From the NCBI GenBank assembly GCA_038230875.1, contig JBBRMK010000008.1, forward strand, positions 18,815 to 50,814: a DNA stretch of 32,000 nt. The letters run 5' to 3'. Origin of the DNA: Pseudanabaenales cyanobacterium (GTDB taxonomy: Bacteria > Cyanobacteriota > Cyanobacteriia > Pseudanabaenales > Pseudanabaenaceae). Each line of letters opens with the position of its first letter. Position 1 is the stretch's first letter. The notes beneath the pieces are model-generated. The model had not been told where the DNA came from. It worked only from the letters and a program-made list of their open reading frames with translations, and ran no database searches. This document shows positions 18,828-25,474 of the stretch, piece by piece. The position numbers and the translations under genes were made by a program.

Positions 18828-19317
18828 ATGATTGCAGTGGAAGTCTTAAATATTTTGGCTTCTATTGGTAGGAATGAGAGAGCAGAATATGGTTCAAGGT
18901 TGTTAACTCGATTATCACGGGATTTGAAAACAGCTTATGGTAAAGGCTTTAGTCGTCGCAATGTTTTGGACATGCGCCGCTTTTATGTTAGTTATTCAAA
19001 ATGGCAGATGGTGTCTGCCAAATTAGGTTGGTTACATTACACAGAGCTTTTAGCTATTTCAGATGATTTGGCGCGATCGTTTTATGAGCAGCAATGCATA
19101 CGCGATCGCTGGAGTGTGAGGGAATTAAAGCGTCAGAAGGATTCGGCTTTGTTTGAAAGAGTTGCCATGAGTAAGGATCGAGCTGAGATTTTAGCTTTGG
19201 CTCAGAAAAGATAGAAAATCGAGTCAATTTTTTGTGTCGAGATATCAGCTTTATTTGCCTAATGTGGAAGTTCTGAAGCAGGAGTTAAGGCGGCTTTTGG
19301 ATGAGTGCGATCGCTAA
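18828..19317 (+). pseudogene. Decayed YhcG/DUF1016-type (PD-(D/E)xK nuclease family) gene: N-terminal domain plus C-terminal tail, core deleted
   Basis: The 128-aa ORF reads RAEYGSRLLTRLSRDLKTAYGKGFSRRNVLDMRRFYVSY...WLHYTELLAISDDLARSFYEQQCIRDRWSVRELKRQ, which looks like a DUF1016 N-terminal domain. After a stop, YQLYLPNVEVLKQELRRLLDE (19243-19317) resembles the family's C-terminal end. Short 5' fragments of the same gene recur at 16999-17057 and 17711-17770. Confidence 0.55.
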
Positions 19318-19319
19318 TG

Positions 19320-19348
19320 TTATGATTTAATTTCATCCAAGTTATAAA
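19320..19348 (+). promoter_or_regulatory. Putative sigma70-type promoter of the module (short or absent leader)
   Basis: TTATGA (19320-19325), a 17-nt spacer, then TATAAA (19343-19348), about 10 nt before the GTG start. The same taatgttatgat...gttataaaaata block precedes copy 2 (17813-17852), and its first part precedes copy 1 (17103). Confidence 0.3.
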
Positions 19349-19357
19349 AATATAGTT

Positions 19358-19819
19358 GTGTCAGATCCCATAACGGCTTCAATATTGGTAGGTTTGGCTG
19401 TTCAAAAGTTTGTGGAGTCAAGCGCGGGAGAACTCGCTAAGAAATTTACGACTGAGGCGATCGCAAAGATTCCTGAGCTATGGCAACAAATCAAAAATAA
19501 GTTGCAGGGCAAATCTTCCAAGGTTGATGAGGCTTTGGTGAAGTTGGAAGCGGGCGATCGCTCTGGTATTGATACTGTGACAAAAAATCTGGATGTGGTG
19601 TTGGATGAGGATGAGGCTTTTGCGAAACTGGTGCAAAAGTTGGCGCAGGAAATCAATTCAGGGCAAATTTTACAGGTAGGTTTAGAGGGAATAACGGCGA
19701 ATCGGGTCGCGGCGGATATTGTGCAGGATGCTAAAGGCGATCGCGTAAAGCAGATTGGTGCAAGGGATGTCAATGCGACTGGTGATGCTGTTTTTAAAGT
19801 TAAACAAACCAAAGATTAG
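19358..19819 (+). CDS. Small helical protein with hydrophobic N-terminal helix and C-terminal strand-like motif (candidate Bell/HeLo-like effector); module copy 3, intact
   Basis: 153 aa with a GTG start where copy 2 has ATG. The N-terminus is SDPITASILVGLAVQKFVESSAGELAKKF, the middle is helical and acidic, and the tail is GDRVKQIGARDVNATGDAVFKVKQTKD. No enzymatic motif is present. A 136-aa antisense ORF covers it but has no support. Confidence 0.65.
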   Translation: MSDPITASILVGLAVQKFVESSAGELAKKFTTEAIAKIPELWQQIKNKLQGKSSKVDEALVKLEAGDRSGIDTVTKNLDVVLDEDEAFAKLVQKLAQEINSGQILQVGLEGITANRVAADIVQDAKGDRVKQIGARDVNATGDAVFKVKQTKD

Positions 19820-19843
19820 GCTGCAAAGCTAGAGGTCGAAGCT

Positions 19844-20275
19844 ATGGAAGAGTTATTAGAATTACGGACATTGCTGATTGGTGGCAATGTCTCCGATGCT
19901 TTGTTATTGGTGGAGGAGATGACTGAGATGAGTAAGGATGACAAGCTGAATAAAATTTATAGCTTTGCAAAAGTCTTATTACTTCATCTCATCAAACAAC
20001 AAGCGGAAAATCGCACTACAAGGTCATGGGATCTGTCAATCAAAAATGCGGTAAGGGAAATTCAGCGAACCAATCAACGACGTAAGGCTAAAGGAAATTA
20101 TTGCGAACCTTCAGAACTACGAGAGACCTTGAAAGATGCCTATGACATTGCTTTAGATTTGGCTGCTACTGAGGCGTTTGGTGGACATTATGAATCGGCG
20201 GAGTTGGGTGCGATGGTCGATCGCGATCGCATAATTCAAAAGGCGATCGCTTTAATTTCTGGAGATAATGTGTGA
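19844..20275 (+). CDS. DUF29-like helical protein, paralogue 3, translationally coupled to the NB-ARC gene
   Basis: 143 aa. Its stop TGA (20273-20275) overlaps the GTG start (20272-20274) of the next gene within GTGTGA. Confidence 0.6.
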   Translation: MEELLELRTLLIGGNVSDALLLVEEMTEMSKDDKLNKIYSFAKVLLLHLIKQQAENRTTRSWDLSIKNAVREIQRTNQRRKAKGNYCEPSELRETLKDAYDIALDLAATEAFGGHYESAELGAMVDRDRIIQKAIALISGDNV

Positions 20276-22254
20276 GCGAACAGCAAATTAATCAAACAGG
20301 ATTTAAAGATGTCTCGGTTGGTGGTAATCTCACTGCCAATCTTGATCAAAGCGTCAATAAAACGGTTATTCATCAAGCTCCAAAATCCTATCAGCCAATT
20401 CCTGATAACCTGCGGCAGGGTTCCAAAAACTTTGTGGGACGAGAGGAGGAACTTGCGGATATTCATACAAAACTGCAAGAGGGTCAGGGTGTGATCGTCT
20501 GTGCGGTGGAGGGGATGGGCGGTGTCGGTAAGACGGAACTGGCGCTGCAATATGCAAATCGCTATCAACAGGAATATGTGGCGCGGTATTGGTTGTCCTT
20601 GCGGGAGATGGGATTAGCTCAAGCATTGGTAACAATGGCTAGTCCTTATCTTGATTTACCCGAATCGATGCAGTCGGCAAGTCTAGAGGAACAAGCAGCA
20701 TGGTGTTGGCAAAACTGGTTGCCTGAGGCTGACAAGTTATTAGTGATTCTCGATGATGTGCCGAGGGCGGAGAGTATTCCTGATCTGGCGATGCCCATCG
20801 ATCCGCGTGTACGGGTATTGGTGACAACGCGAGAACGGGAATTGAATGTGGGTTTTGAGTCTGTGCCTCTGGATGTGCTGTCAGAGGAGAAGTCTCTGGA
20901 ACTGTTAAGAAAAATAGTTGGCGTGGCAAAGGTTGAGAAGGAACTCGTCACGGTTAAGGAGATTTGCAACACTTTGGGCTATTTGCCCTTGGGTATCGAG
21001 TTAATCGGTGAATATCTGAGCAAAAATCGTCATCTGACTTTTGCCAAGTTACAAGAAAAGTTACATCTTGCCGATGAGTCAATTTCACGCGATCGCAAAG
21101 GTAAGTTTTATGGCTATCGTGGTGTGGAGGCAGCAATCCAACTGAGTTGGGATGACATCAATACTGGCTCTCAGGGAGTGGCGATGTTGTTGGGGCTGTT
21201 TGCGCCTGTGGAGATTTTGTGGGAGTTGGTGGCAGCAATTGGAGCAAAAGCCAAAATTACGGAAGATGAACTGAATGAGGCAAGAGGACAGTTAGACAGT
21301 TTGCATTTGATGCAACCTGTTGATGATGAATGCAACTTTTATAAGATTCATACGGTAGTCCGCGAGTTCTTTCGTGCCAAGCTATTAAAAGCTGAAGAGA
21401 ATCATCAGTTTCGGCAAGCATTTGTGACTGGTTTACTGACAATTGCTAAAATGATACCCTCATCGCCAACGAGAGTTTTGATTGCATCGGTAGCTCCTGC
21501 TATTCCTCATTTGGATATGCTGAGTCGCGAGATGCTGGATGATATTCCTAACCCTGATGAAAATAACAATTTGGTTTGGGCATTTTTAGGAACTGCGAAA
21601 TTTTATGAAGGACAAGGACTATACGCATTAGCCGAAGATTCTTCTCAAAGATGTTTGACTTCTGTTCGAGAACTGTTAGGAGATCGCCATCCCATTGTCG
21701 CCATTAGTATCAACAACCTCGCAGCGCTGTACGATTTGCAAGGGAGATATGCAGAAGCAGAACCACTCTATCAAGAGGCGATGCAGTTGATGCGAGAACT
21801 GTTAGGAGATCGCCATCCCGATGTCGCCACCAGTCTCAACAACCTCGCAGGGTTGTACGAGTCTCAAGGGAGATATGCAGAAGCAGAACCACTGTATCAA
21901 CAAGCCCTCGCTTTGAGGCAAGAACTGTTAGGCGATCGCCATCCCGATGTCGCCATTAGTTTCAACAACCTCGCATTGCTATACCATTTGCAAGAGAGAT
22001 ATACAGAAGCCGAGCCACTCTATCAACAAGCCCTCGCTTTGAGGCAAGAACTATTAGGCAATCGCCATCCCTCTGTCGCTGGAAGTTTGTTTAATCTAGC
22101 GGGGCTTTATTACCAGATGCAAAGATATTCCGAAGCGATGATTTTGATTCAGAGAGCGATTCAGATTTATCAGCAAACCCTCGGCAACGATCATCCAAAT
22201 ACCAAAGCCGCTATGAGTTGGCTACAACCGATCAAGGAAAAAGTAGAAAGGTAA
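20272..22254 (+). CDS. STAND NTPase: short N-terminal motif + NB-ARC domain + TPR (kinesin-light-chain-type) repeats
   Basis: 660 aa. Walker A is GMGGVGKT (20512-20535), Walker B is LLVILDDV, then VLVTTRE and the GLPL-like GYLPLGIEL. The C-terminus has 5-6 TPRs of the LGDRHPDVATSLNNLAGLYESQGRYAEAEPLYQQAL type. Only ~55 aa precede the NTPase domain. Confidence 0.85.
   Translation: MSEQQINQTGFKDVSVGGNLTANLDQSVNKTVIHQAPKSYQPIPDNLRQGSKNFVGREEELADIHTKLQEGQGVIVCAVEGMGGVGKTELALQYANRYQQEYVARYWLSLREMGLAQALVTMASPYLDLPESMQSASLEEQAAWCWQNWLPEADKLLVILDDVPRAESIPDLAMPIDPRVRVLVTTRERELNVGFESVPLDVLSEEKSLELLRKIVGVAKVEKELVTVKEICNTLGYLPLGIELIGEYLSKNRHLTFAKLQEKLHLADESISRDRKGKFYGYRGVEAAIQLSWDDINTGSQGVAMLLGLFAPVEILWELVAAIGAKAKITEDELNEARGQLDSLHLMQPVDDECNFYKIHTVVREFFRAKLLKAEENHQFRQAFVTGLLTIAKMIPSSPTRVLIASVAPAIPHLDMLSREMLDDIPNPDENNNLVWAFLGTAKFYEGQGLYALAEDSSQRCLTSVRELLGDRHPIVAISINNLAALYDLQGRYAEAEPLYQEAMQLMRELLGDRHPDVATSLNNLAGLYESQGRYAEAEPLYQQALALRQELLGDRHPDVAISFNNLALLYHLQERYTEAEPLYQQALALRQELLGNRHPSVAGSLFNLAGLYYQMQRYSEAMILIQRAIQIYQQTLGNDHPNTKAAMSWLQPIKEKVER
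21670..22173 (+). repeat. Four tandem 126-bp (42-aa) TPR-coding units with high nucleotide identity
   Basis: Unit starts (gaactgttagg/gaactattagg) are at 21670, 21796, 21922 and 22048. Long identical runs such as gatcgccatcccgatgtcgcc and agatatgcagaagcagaaccact are shared between units. Confidence 0.9.
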
Positions 22255-22267
22255 AAGTTAAAAGGAA

Positions 22268-22681
22268 ATGGCAAAAGATTTATTTCATGATGCAGTCAAA
22301 AATGCCCTAATCAAAGATGGTTGGCAGATTACTGATGACCCATTCTTCTTGAAAGTTGGAGGTGTTGAACTTTATATCGATCTAGGAGCCGAAAAACTCA
22401 TTGCCGCCGAACGCAATAATGAAAAAATCGCCGTAGAGATCAAAAGTTTTATCAATCCTTCATCGCTAACGGACTTTCATCTAGCGATCGGACAATTTCT
22501 TAACTATCGAGTAGCATTAAAAGCAAGAGAGCCAGAACGCAAACTATTTTTAGCAGTTCCAAATACTGCCTACGCCAGCTTTTTCCAAAAAGAGTTTGCC
22601 TATATGGTTATTGCTGAATATCAATTGGAAATTTTTGTTTACGATATCGAAAATGAGGTAATTGTCACATGGAAAATCTAG
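22268..22681 (+). CDS. xisH: XisH family protein (fdxN-element excision controlling factor-like)
   Basis: MAKDLFHDAVKNALIKDGWQITDDP...IAAERNNEKIAVEIKSF closely follows the Anabaena XisH pattern. It starts 13 nt after the NB-ARC gene stop. Confidence 0.85.
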   Translation: MAKDLFHDAVKNALIKDGWQITDDPFFLKVGGVELYIDLGAEKLIAAERNNEKIAVEIKSFINPSSLTDFHLAIGQFLNYRVALKAREPERKLFLAVPNTAYASFFQKEFAYMVIAEYQLEIFVYDIENEVIVTWKI

Positions 22682-23013
22682 AAAAAATTGCTAAATATCG
22701 CACCATCATCAAAGAGATTTTGGGACACTATGCCTCCTATAAACCCTCTCATGGCGAGATCGAGATCCAGTTTCTATCGGATACAGAACATGATCACTAT
22801 CAAGTATTAGGTGTGGGATGGGATCAAAAAACACGAGTTTACGGTTGTTCCATGCACTTAGATATTAAAAATGGCAAAATTTGGATTCAAATCAACAATA
22901 CCGAACTTGATATTGGTCAAGCCTTAGTCGAAAAGGGTGTGCCAAAAGAAGATATTGTCATCGGTTTTCAGCCCGTTTATATTCGCCAAGTTTCAGGCTA
23001 TGCGATCGCCTAA
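22669..23013 (+). CDS. xisI: XisI family protein, copy 1
   Basis: 114 aa with YGCSMHLDIKNGKIWIQINNTELDIGQALVEKGVPKEDIVIGF. It overlaps xisH by 13 nt. Confidence 0.85.
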   Translation: MENLEKIAKYRTIIKEILGHYASYKPSHGEIEIQFLSDTEHDHYQVLGVGWDQKTRVYGCSMHLDIKNGKIWIQINNTELDIGQALVEKGVPKEDIVIGFQPVYIRQVSGYAIA

Positions 23014-23026
23014 CCACCGCAAAAAT

Positions 23027-23049
23027 ACATCCGTAATTTTTAAAGCAGC
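23027..23049 (+). repeat. Intercassette motif A, copy 1
   Basis: acatccgtaatttttaaagcagc. Related copies start at 23885, 24248 and 25150. Confidence 0.7.
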
Positions 23050-23131
23050 TAAACTCGTGAGTGTATTTGGGCTTAGACCGCTAAAGTATGCCTTGACCAC
23101 AAGTAACATATAAGTTACTATAGTACTTAGT

Positions 23132-23515
23132 ATGAAAGTTCAAGAATACATCCAAGAAGACGGCTCAAGCCCCTATCAGAAATGGTTCGATAATCTAGAT
23201 GCGATCGCGGCGGCAAAAGTGTCCGTTGCCAAATCGCGTCTAGAGCTAGGTAACACATCAAATATCAAATGGTTTGATGGAATTGGCGAATATCGAATTG
23301 ATTGGGGTGCAGGATACCGAATTTATCTAGCCCAAGATGGCGATCAACTCATCGTTCTATTTGGTGGAGGCACGAAAAAAAGTCAACAATCCGATATTGA
23401 ACGCGCTAAAGAACTGCATCAAGATTATAAAAGACGTAAAAAAGAAGCTAGGCAAGCTGCCATCAAGAAAGAAACCAACAAAGAAATTGACAAAAAGAAG
23501 AAAAAGAAAAAATGA
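23132..23515 (+). CDS. RelE/ParE-superfamily addiction-module killer protein (HigB-like) with lysine-rich tail
   Basis: [81 protein letters not shown] matches the killer-protein family pattern. The K-rich C-terminus (KKKKKKK) is unusual. Confidence 0.75.
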   Translation: MKVQEYIQEDGSSPYQKWFDNLDAIAAAKVSVAKSRLELGNTSNIKWFDGIGEYRIDWGAGYRIYLAQDGDQLIVLFGGGTKKSQQSDIERAKELHQDYKRRKKEARQAAIKKETNKEIDKKKKKKK

Positions 23516-23844
23516 CAACTACACCCCTAACACGCGACTTTAAAGAAACAGTTAATGCAAGAGTCCAGAGAGATTCTGCATTTGCCACTGCTTTACTGGA
23601 TGAAGCTATTTCCCTCTTCCTCAATGGCGAACCAGAAACCGCGAGACTCATATTGAGAGATCTAGTCAATGCCACTATCGGGTTTGAAGAACTAGCGATC
23701 GCCACCTCAAAACCCAGCAAAAGCCTTCATAGGATGCTATCGGCAAAAGGAAATCCTACAATGGATAATCTCACCGCTATTCTTCAAGTTTTGCGTAAAA
23801 ACCTTCAAGTTAGTATTAAAGTACAGACATTTACTTGCGCTTAA
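23512..23844 (+). CDS. HTH addiction-module antidote protein (HigA-like)
   Basis: It has a 4-nt ATGA overlap with the upstream toxin. [71 protein letters not shown] fits the antidote family. Confidence 0.7.
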   Translation: MTTTPLTRDFKETVNARVQRDSAFATALLDEAISLFLNGEPETARLILRDLVNATIGFEELAIATSKPSKSLHRMLSAKGNPTMDNLTAILQVLRKNLQVSIKVQTFTCA

Positions 23845-23884
23845 AATATCTACTACAGATATCTTAGAATGATAGATCTTACGC

Positions 23885-23907
23885 ACATCCATAACTTTTA
23901 GAGCAGC
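23885..23907 (+). repeat. Intercassette motif A, copy 2
   Basis: acatccataacttttagagcagc, preceded by cttacgc as in copy 3. Confidence 0.6.
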
Positions 23908-23970
23908 TATGCGATCGCAGGTTTAGATGCTACTACATTAACATTGACCAACAAAATAAAGGGAACAGTC

Positions 23971-24198
23971 ATGAATCGCAACTACAGCATTTCTATCCAA
24001 TGGTCAGAAGAAGACAGCAAATTTATCGCCCATTTACCCGAATTTGGTCCCTACGCCCATACTCACGGCGACACTTACACTAACGCTCTAGAAAATGCCC
24101 TAGAAGTTTTAGAATTACTAATCGAAGATTACACTGCACGTCACAAACCCTTACCAACACCACGCATAATCAAAAAATCCGACTTCATCGCCGCTTGA
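23971..24198 (+). CDS. HicB-family antitoxin-like protein (no hicA partner visible)
   Basis: MNRNYSISIQWSEEDSKFIAHLPEFGPYAHTHGDTYTNALENALEVLELLIEDY. The ATG at 23971 follows aagggaac, and the listed upstream start is TTG. Confidence 0.65.
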   Translation: MNRNYSISIQWSEEDSKFIAHLPEFGPYAHTHGDTYTNALENALEVLELLIEDYTARHKPLPTPRIIKKSDFIAA

Positions 24199-24247
24199 TT
24201 AGGAGAAAATCATAGAATTTGTTCTTTGTATTCGCGTAGATTTTACG

Positions 24248-24270
24248 CACATCCGTAATTTTTAAATTAA
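24248..24270 (+). repeat. Intercassette motif A, copy 3
   Basis: acatccgtaatttttaaattaac, with ttacg / cgtaa forming a 5-bp inverted pair around cacatc. Confidence 0.6.
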
Positions 24271-24301
24271 CTTAGCCTCCCATTCATCAATTAACCTGAC
24301 T

Positions 24302-24511
24302 ATGACCATCAAAGAACAACTCATTCAAGAAGTAGAAACATTTCCTGATGCACTCCTAGCCGAAGCCCTCGACTTTGTGCTATTTCTCAAAACCCGTTAT
24401 ATCGATACCGAAATCACCACCGAAGAACAAGACACGATCCTCGCATCTCAATCCGCCTATGAGCTAGGAGACTACCTCACCCTCGAACAATACGCATCAA
24501 GTCAGGCATGA
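24302..24511 (+). CDS. Putative antitoxin of the RelE-type toxin
   Basis: 69 aa and acidic. It has a 4-nt overlap (ATGA) with the downstream toxin, and a DUF2281-like N-terminus (IQEVETFPDALLAEALDFVLFLKTRY). Confidence 0.55.
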   Translation: MTIKEQLIQEVETFPDALLAEALDFVLFLKTRYIDTEITTEEQDTILASQSAYELGDYLTLEQYASSQA

Positions 24512-24762
24512 GCTATCAAATTATTATCCCCAAACCAGTTCAAAAGCAACTAGATAGCTTGCCGAAAACTCAACGCGATCGAGCAATTATGGCAATGCGA
24601 TCGCTTACTAACGAGCCACGACCAACTGGAGTCAAAAAGCTCAAAGGCTACGATGAAACTTATCGGATTAGATTTGGCGATTATCGCGTCATTTACAAAG
24701 TTCAAGACAAAGAGCTAATCATTCTGTTACTGAGTGTTAGCCACCGCAAAGATGCTTACTAA
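24508..24762 (+). CDS. RelE/StbE-family toxin
   Basis: 84 aa with IPKPVQKQLDSLPK, PRPTGVKKLKGYDETYRIRFGDYRVIYKVQDKELIILLLSVSHRKDAY. Confidence 0.8.
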   Translation: MSYQIIIPKPVQKQLDSLPKTQRDRAIMAMRSLTNEPRPTGVKKLKGYDETYRIRFGDYRVIYKVQDKELIILLLSVSHRKDAY

Positions 24763-24791
24763 TCACAAAAGAGATATGAGGTGATTGTCAC

Positions 24792-25136
24792 ATGGAAAAT
24801 CTAGAAAAAATCGCCAAATATCGCACCATCATCAAAGAGATTTTGGGACACTATGCCTCCTACAAACCATCTCATGGCGAGATCGAGATCCAGTTTCTAT
24901 CAGATACAGAACACGATCACTATCAAGTATTAGGCGTGGGATGGGATCAAAAAACACGAGTTTACGGTTGTTCCATGCACTTAGATATTAAAAATGGCAA
25001 AATTTGGATTCAAATCAACAATACCGAACTTGATATTGGTCAAGCCTTAGTCGAAAAAGGTGTACCAAAAGAAGATATTGTCATCGGTTTTCAGCCCGTT
25101 TATATTCGCCAAGTTTCTGGCTATGCGATCGCCTAA
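24792..25136 (+). CDS. xisI: XisI family protein, copy 2 (protein identical to copy 1)
   Basis: The 114-aa translation is identical to copy 1. There are 10 nucleotide differences, all synonymous third-position changes. Confidence 0.85.
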   Translation: MENLEKIAKYRTIIKEILGHYASYKPSHGEIEIQFLSDTEHDHYQVLGVGWDQKTRVYGCSMHLDIKNGKIWIQINNTELDIGQALVEKGVPKEDIVIGFQPVYIRQVSGYAIA

Positions 25137-25149
25137 TCATCGCAAAAAG

Positions 25150-25172
25150 ACATCCATAATTTTTAAAGCAGC
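25150..25172 (+). repeat. Intercassette motif A, copy 4
   Basis: acatccataatttttaaagcagc. Confidence 0.7.
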
Positions 25173-25327
25173 CTAGCAGAAACCCTCAACAATCCCGATC
25201 AAGTTCGTCAGAGCAATCTCGATCGCTCCGCCCTCCTATTCTCTAAATTCTATTCTTTTCCAAACGTCTACAAACCCAAAATATCTTTAAACTGCCAATA
25301 GTCGCTCAATTACAACTTGCCAGTTAG

Positions 25328-25474
25328 CACCCTTTGTTTTTCACCCATCACCAGAAATTTTAACTGTGGGCGATCCATTCGCGAATGTTATATTAGAAAT
25401 CATGATCAGGCTAAAAACTATTCCTATCTGCCTTAACCAGTAATGCGATAGGCAAAAAATAAAAGGAGAAAAAA
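25328..25474 (+). repeat. Cassette-boundary repeat B, copy 1 (core + long leader extension)
   Basis: The core is caccctttgtttttcacccatcaccagaaattttaactgtggg. The extension is gaatgttatattagaaatcatgatcaggctaaaaactattcctatctgccttaaccagtaatgcgataggcaaaaaataaaaggag, running up to the ATG at 25475. Confidence 0.85.

Larger units (their letters stand above)
22650..23049 (+). repeat. Direct repeat R1 (xisH 3' end + xisI + 36 nt downstream)
   Basis: It aligns end to end with 24771-25172. Within the CDS the only differences are third-codon positions. Confidence 0.9.
24771..25172 (+). repeat. Direct repeat R2 (last ~20 nt of xisH + xisI + 36 nt downstream)
   Basis: See R1. The upstream xisH body is absent. 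Confidence 0.9.

Noticed and set aside
19402-19812. 136-aa minus-strand ORF fully overlapping the 153-aa small-protein gene.
   Set aside because: It is an antisense shadow ORF. The plus-strand frame is the one conserved across the three module copies, including the stops in copy 2 at homologous codons. The antisense peptide is low-complexity Ser/Cys/Phe-rich.
20236-21442. Several minus-strand and out-of-frame ORFs inside the NB-ARC gene (20236-20568, 20309-20494, 20366-20635, 20639-20929, 20646-20972, 20954-21136, 21257-21442).
   Set aside because: All lie within a 660-codon frame that carries ordered NB-ARC motifs. Their translations are Pro/Ser/His-rich with no recognisable features.
24785-24991. 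68-aa ORF overlapping xisI copy 2 in another frame.
   Set aside because: The xisI frame is under evident purifying selection, since all differences between the two copies are synonymous in that frame. In the alternative frame these changes are not silent.
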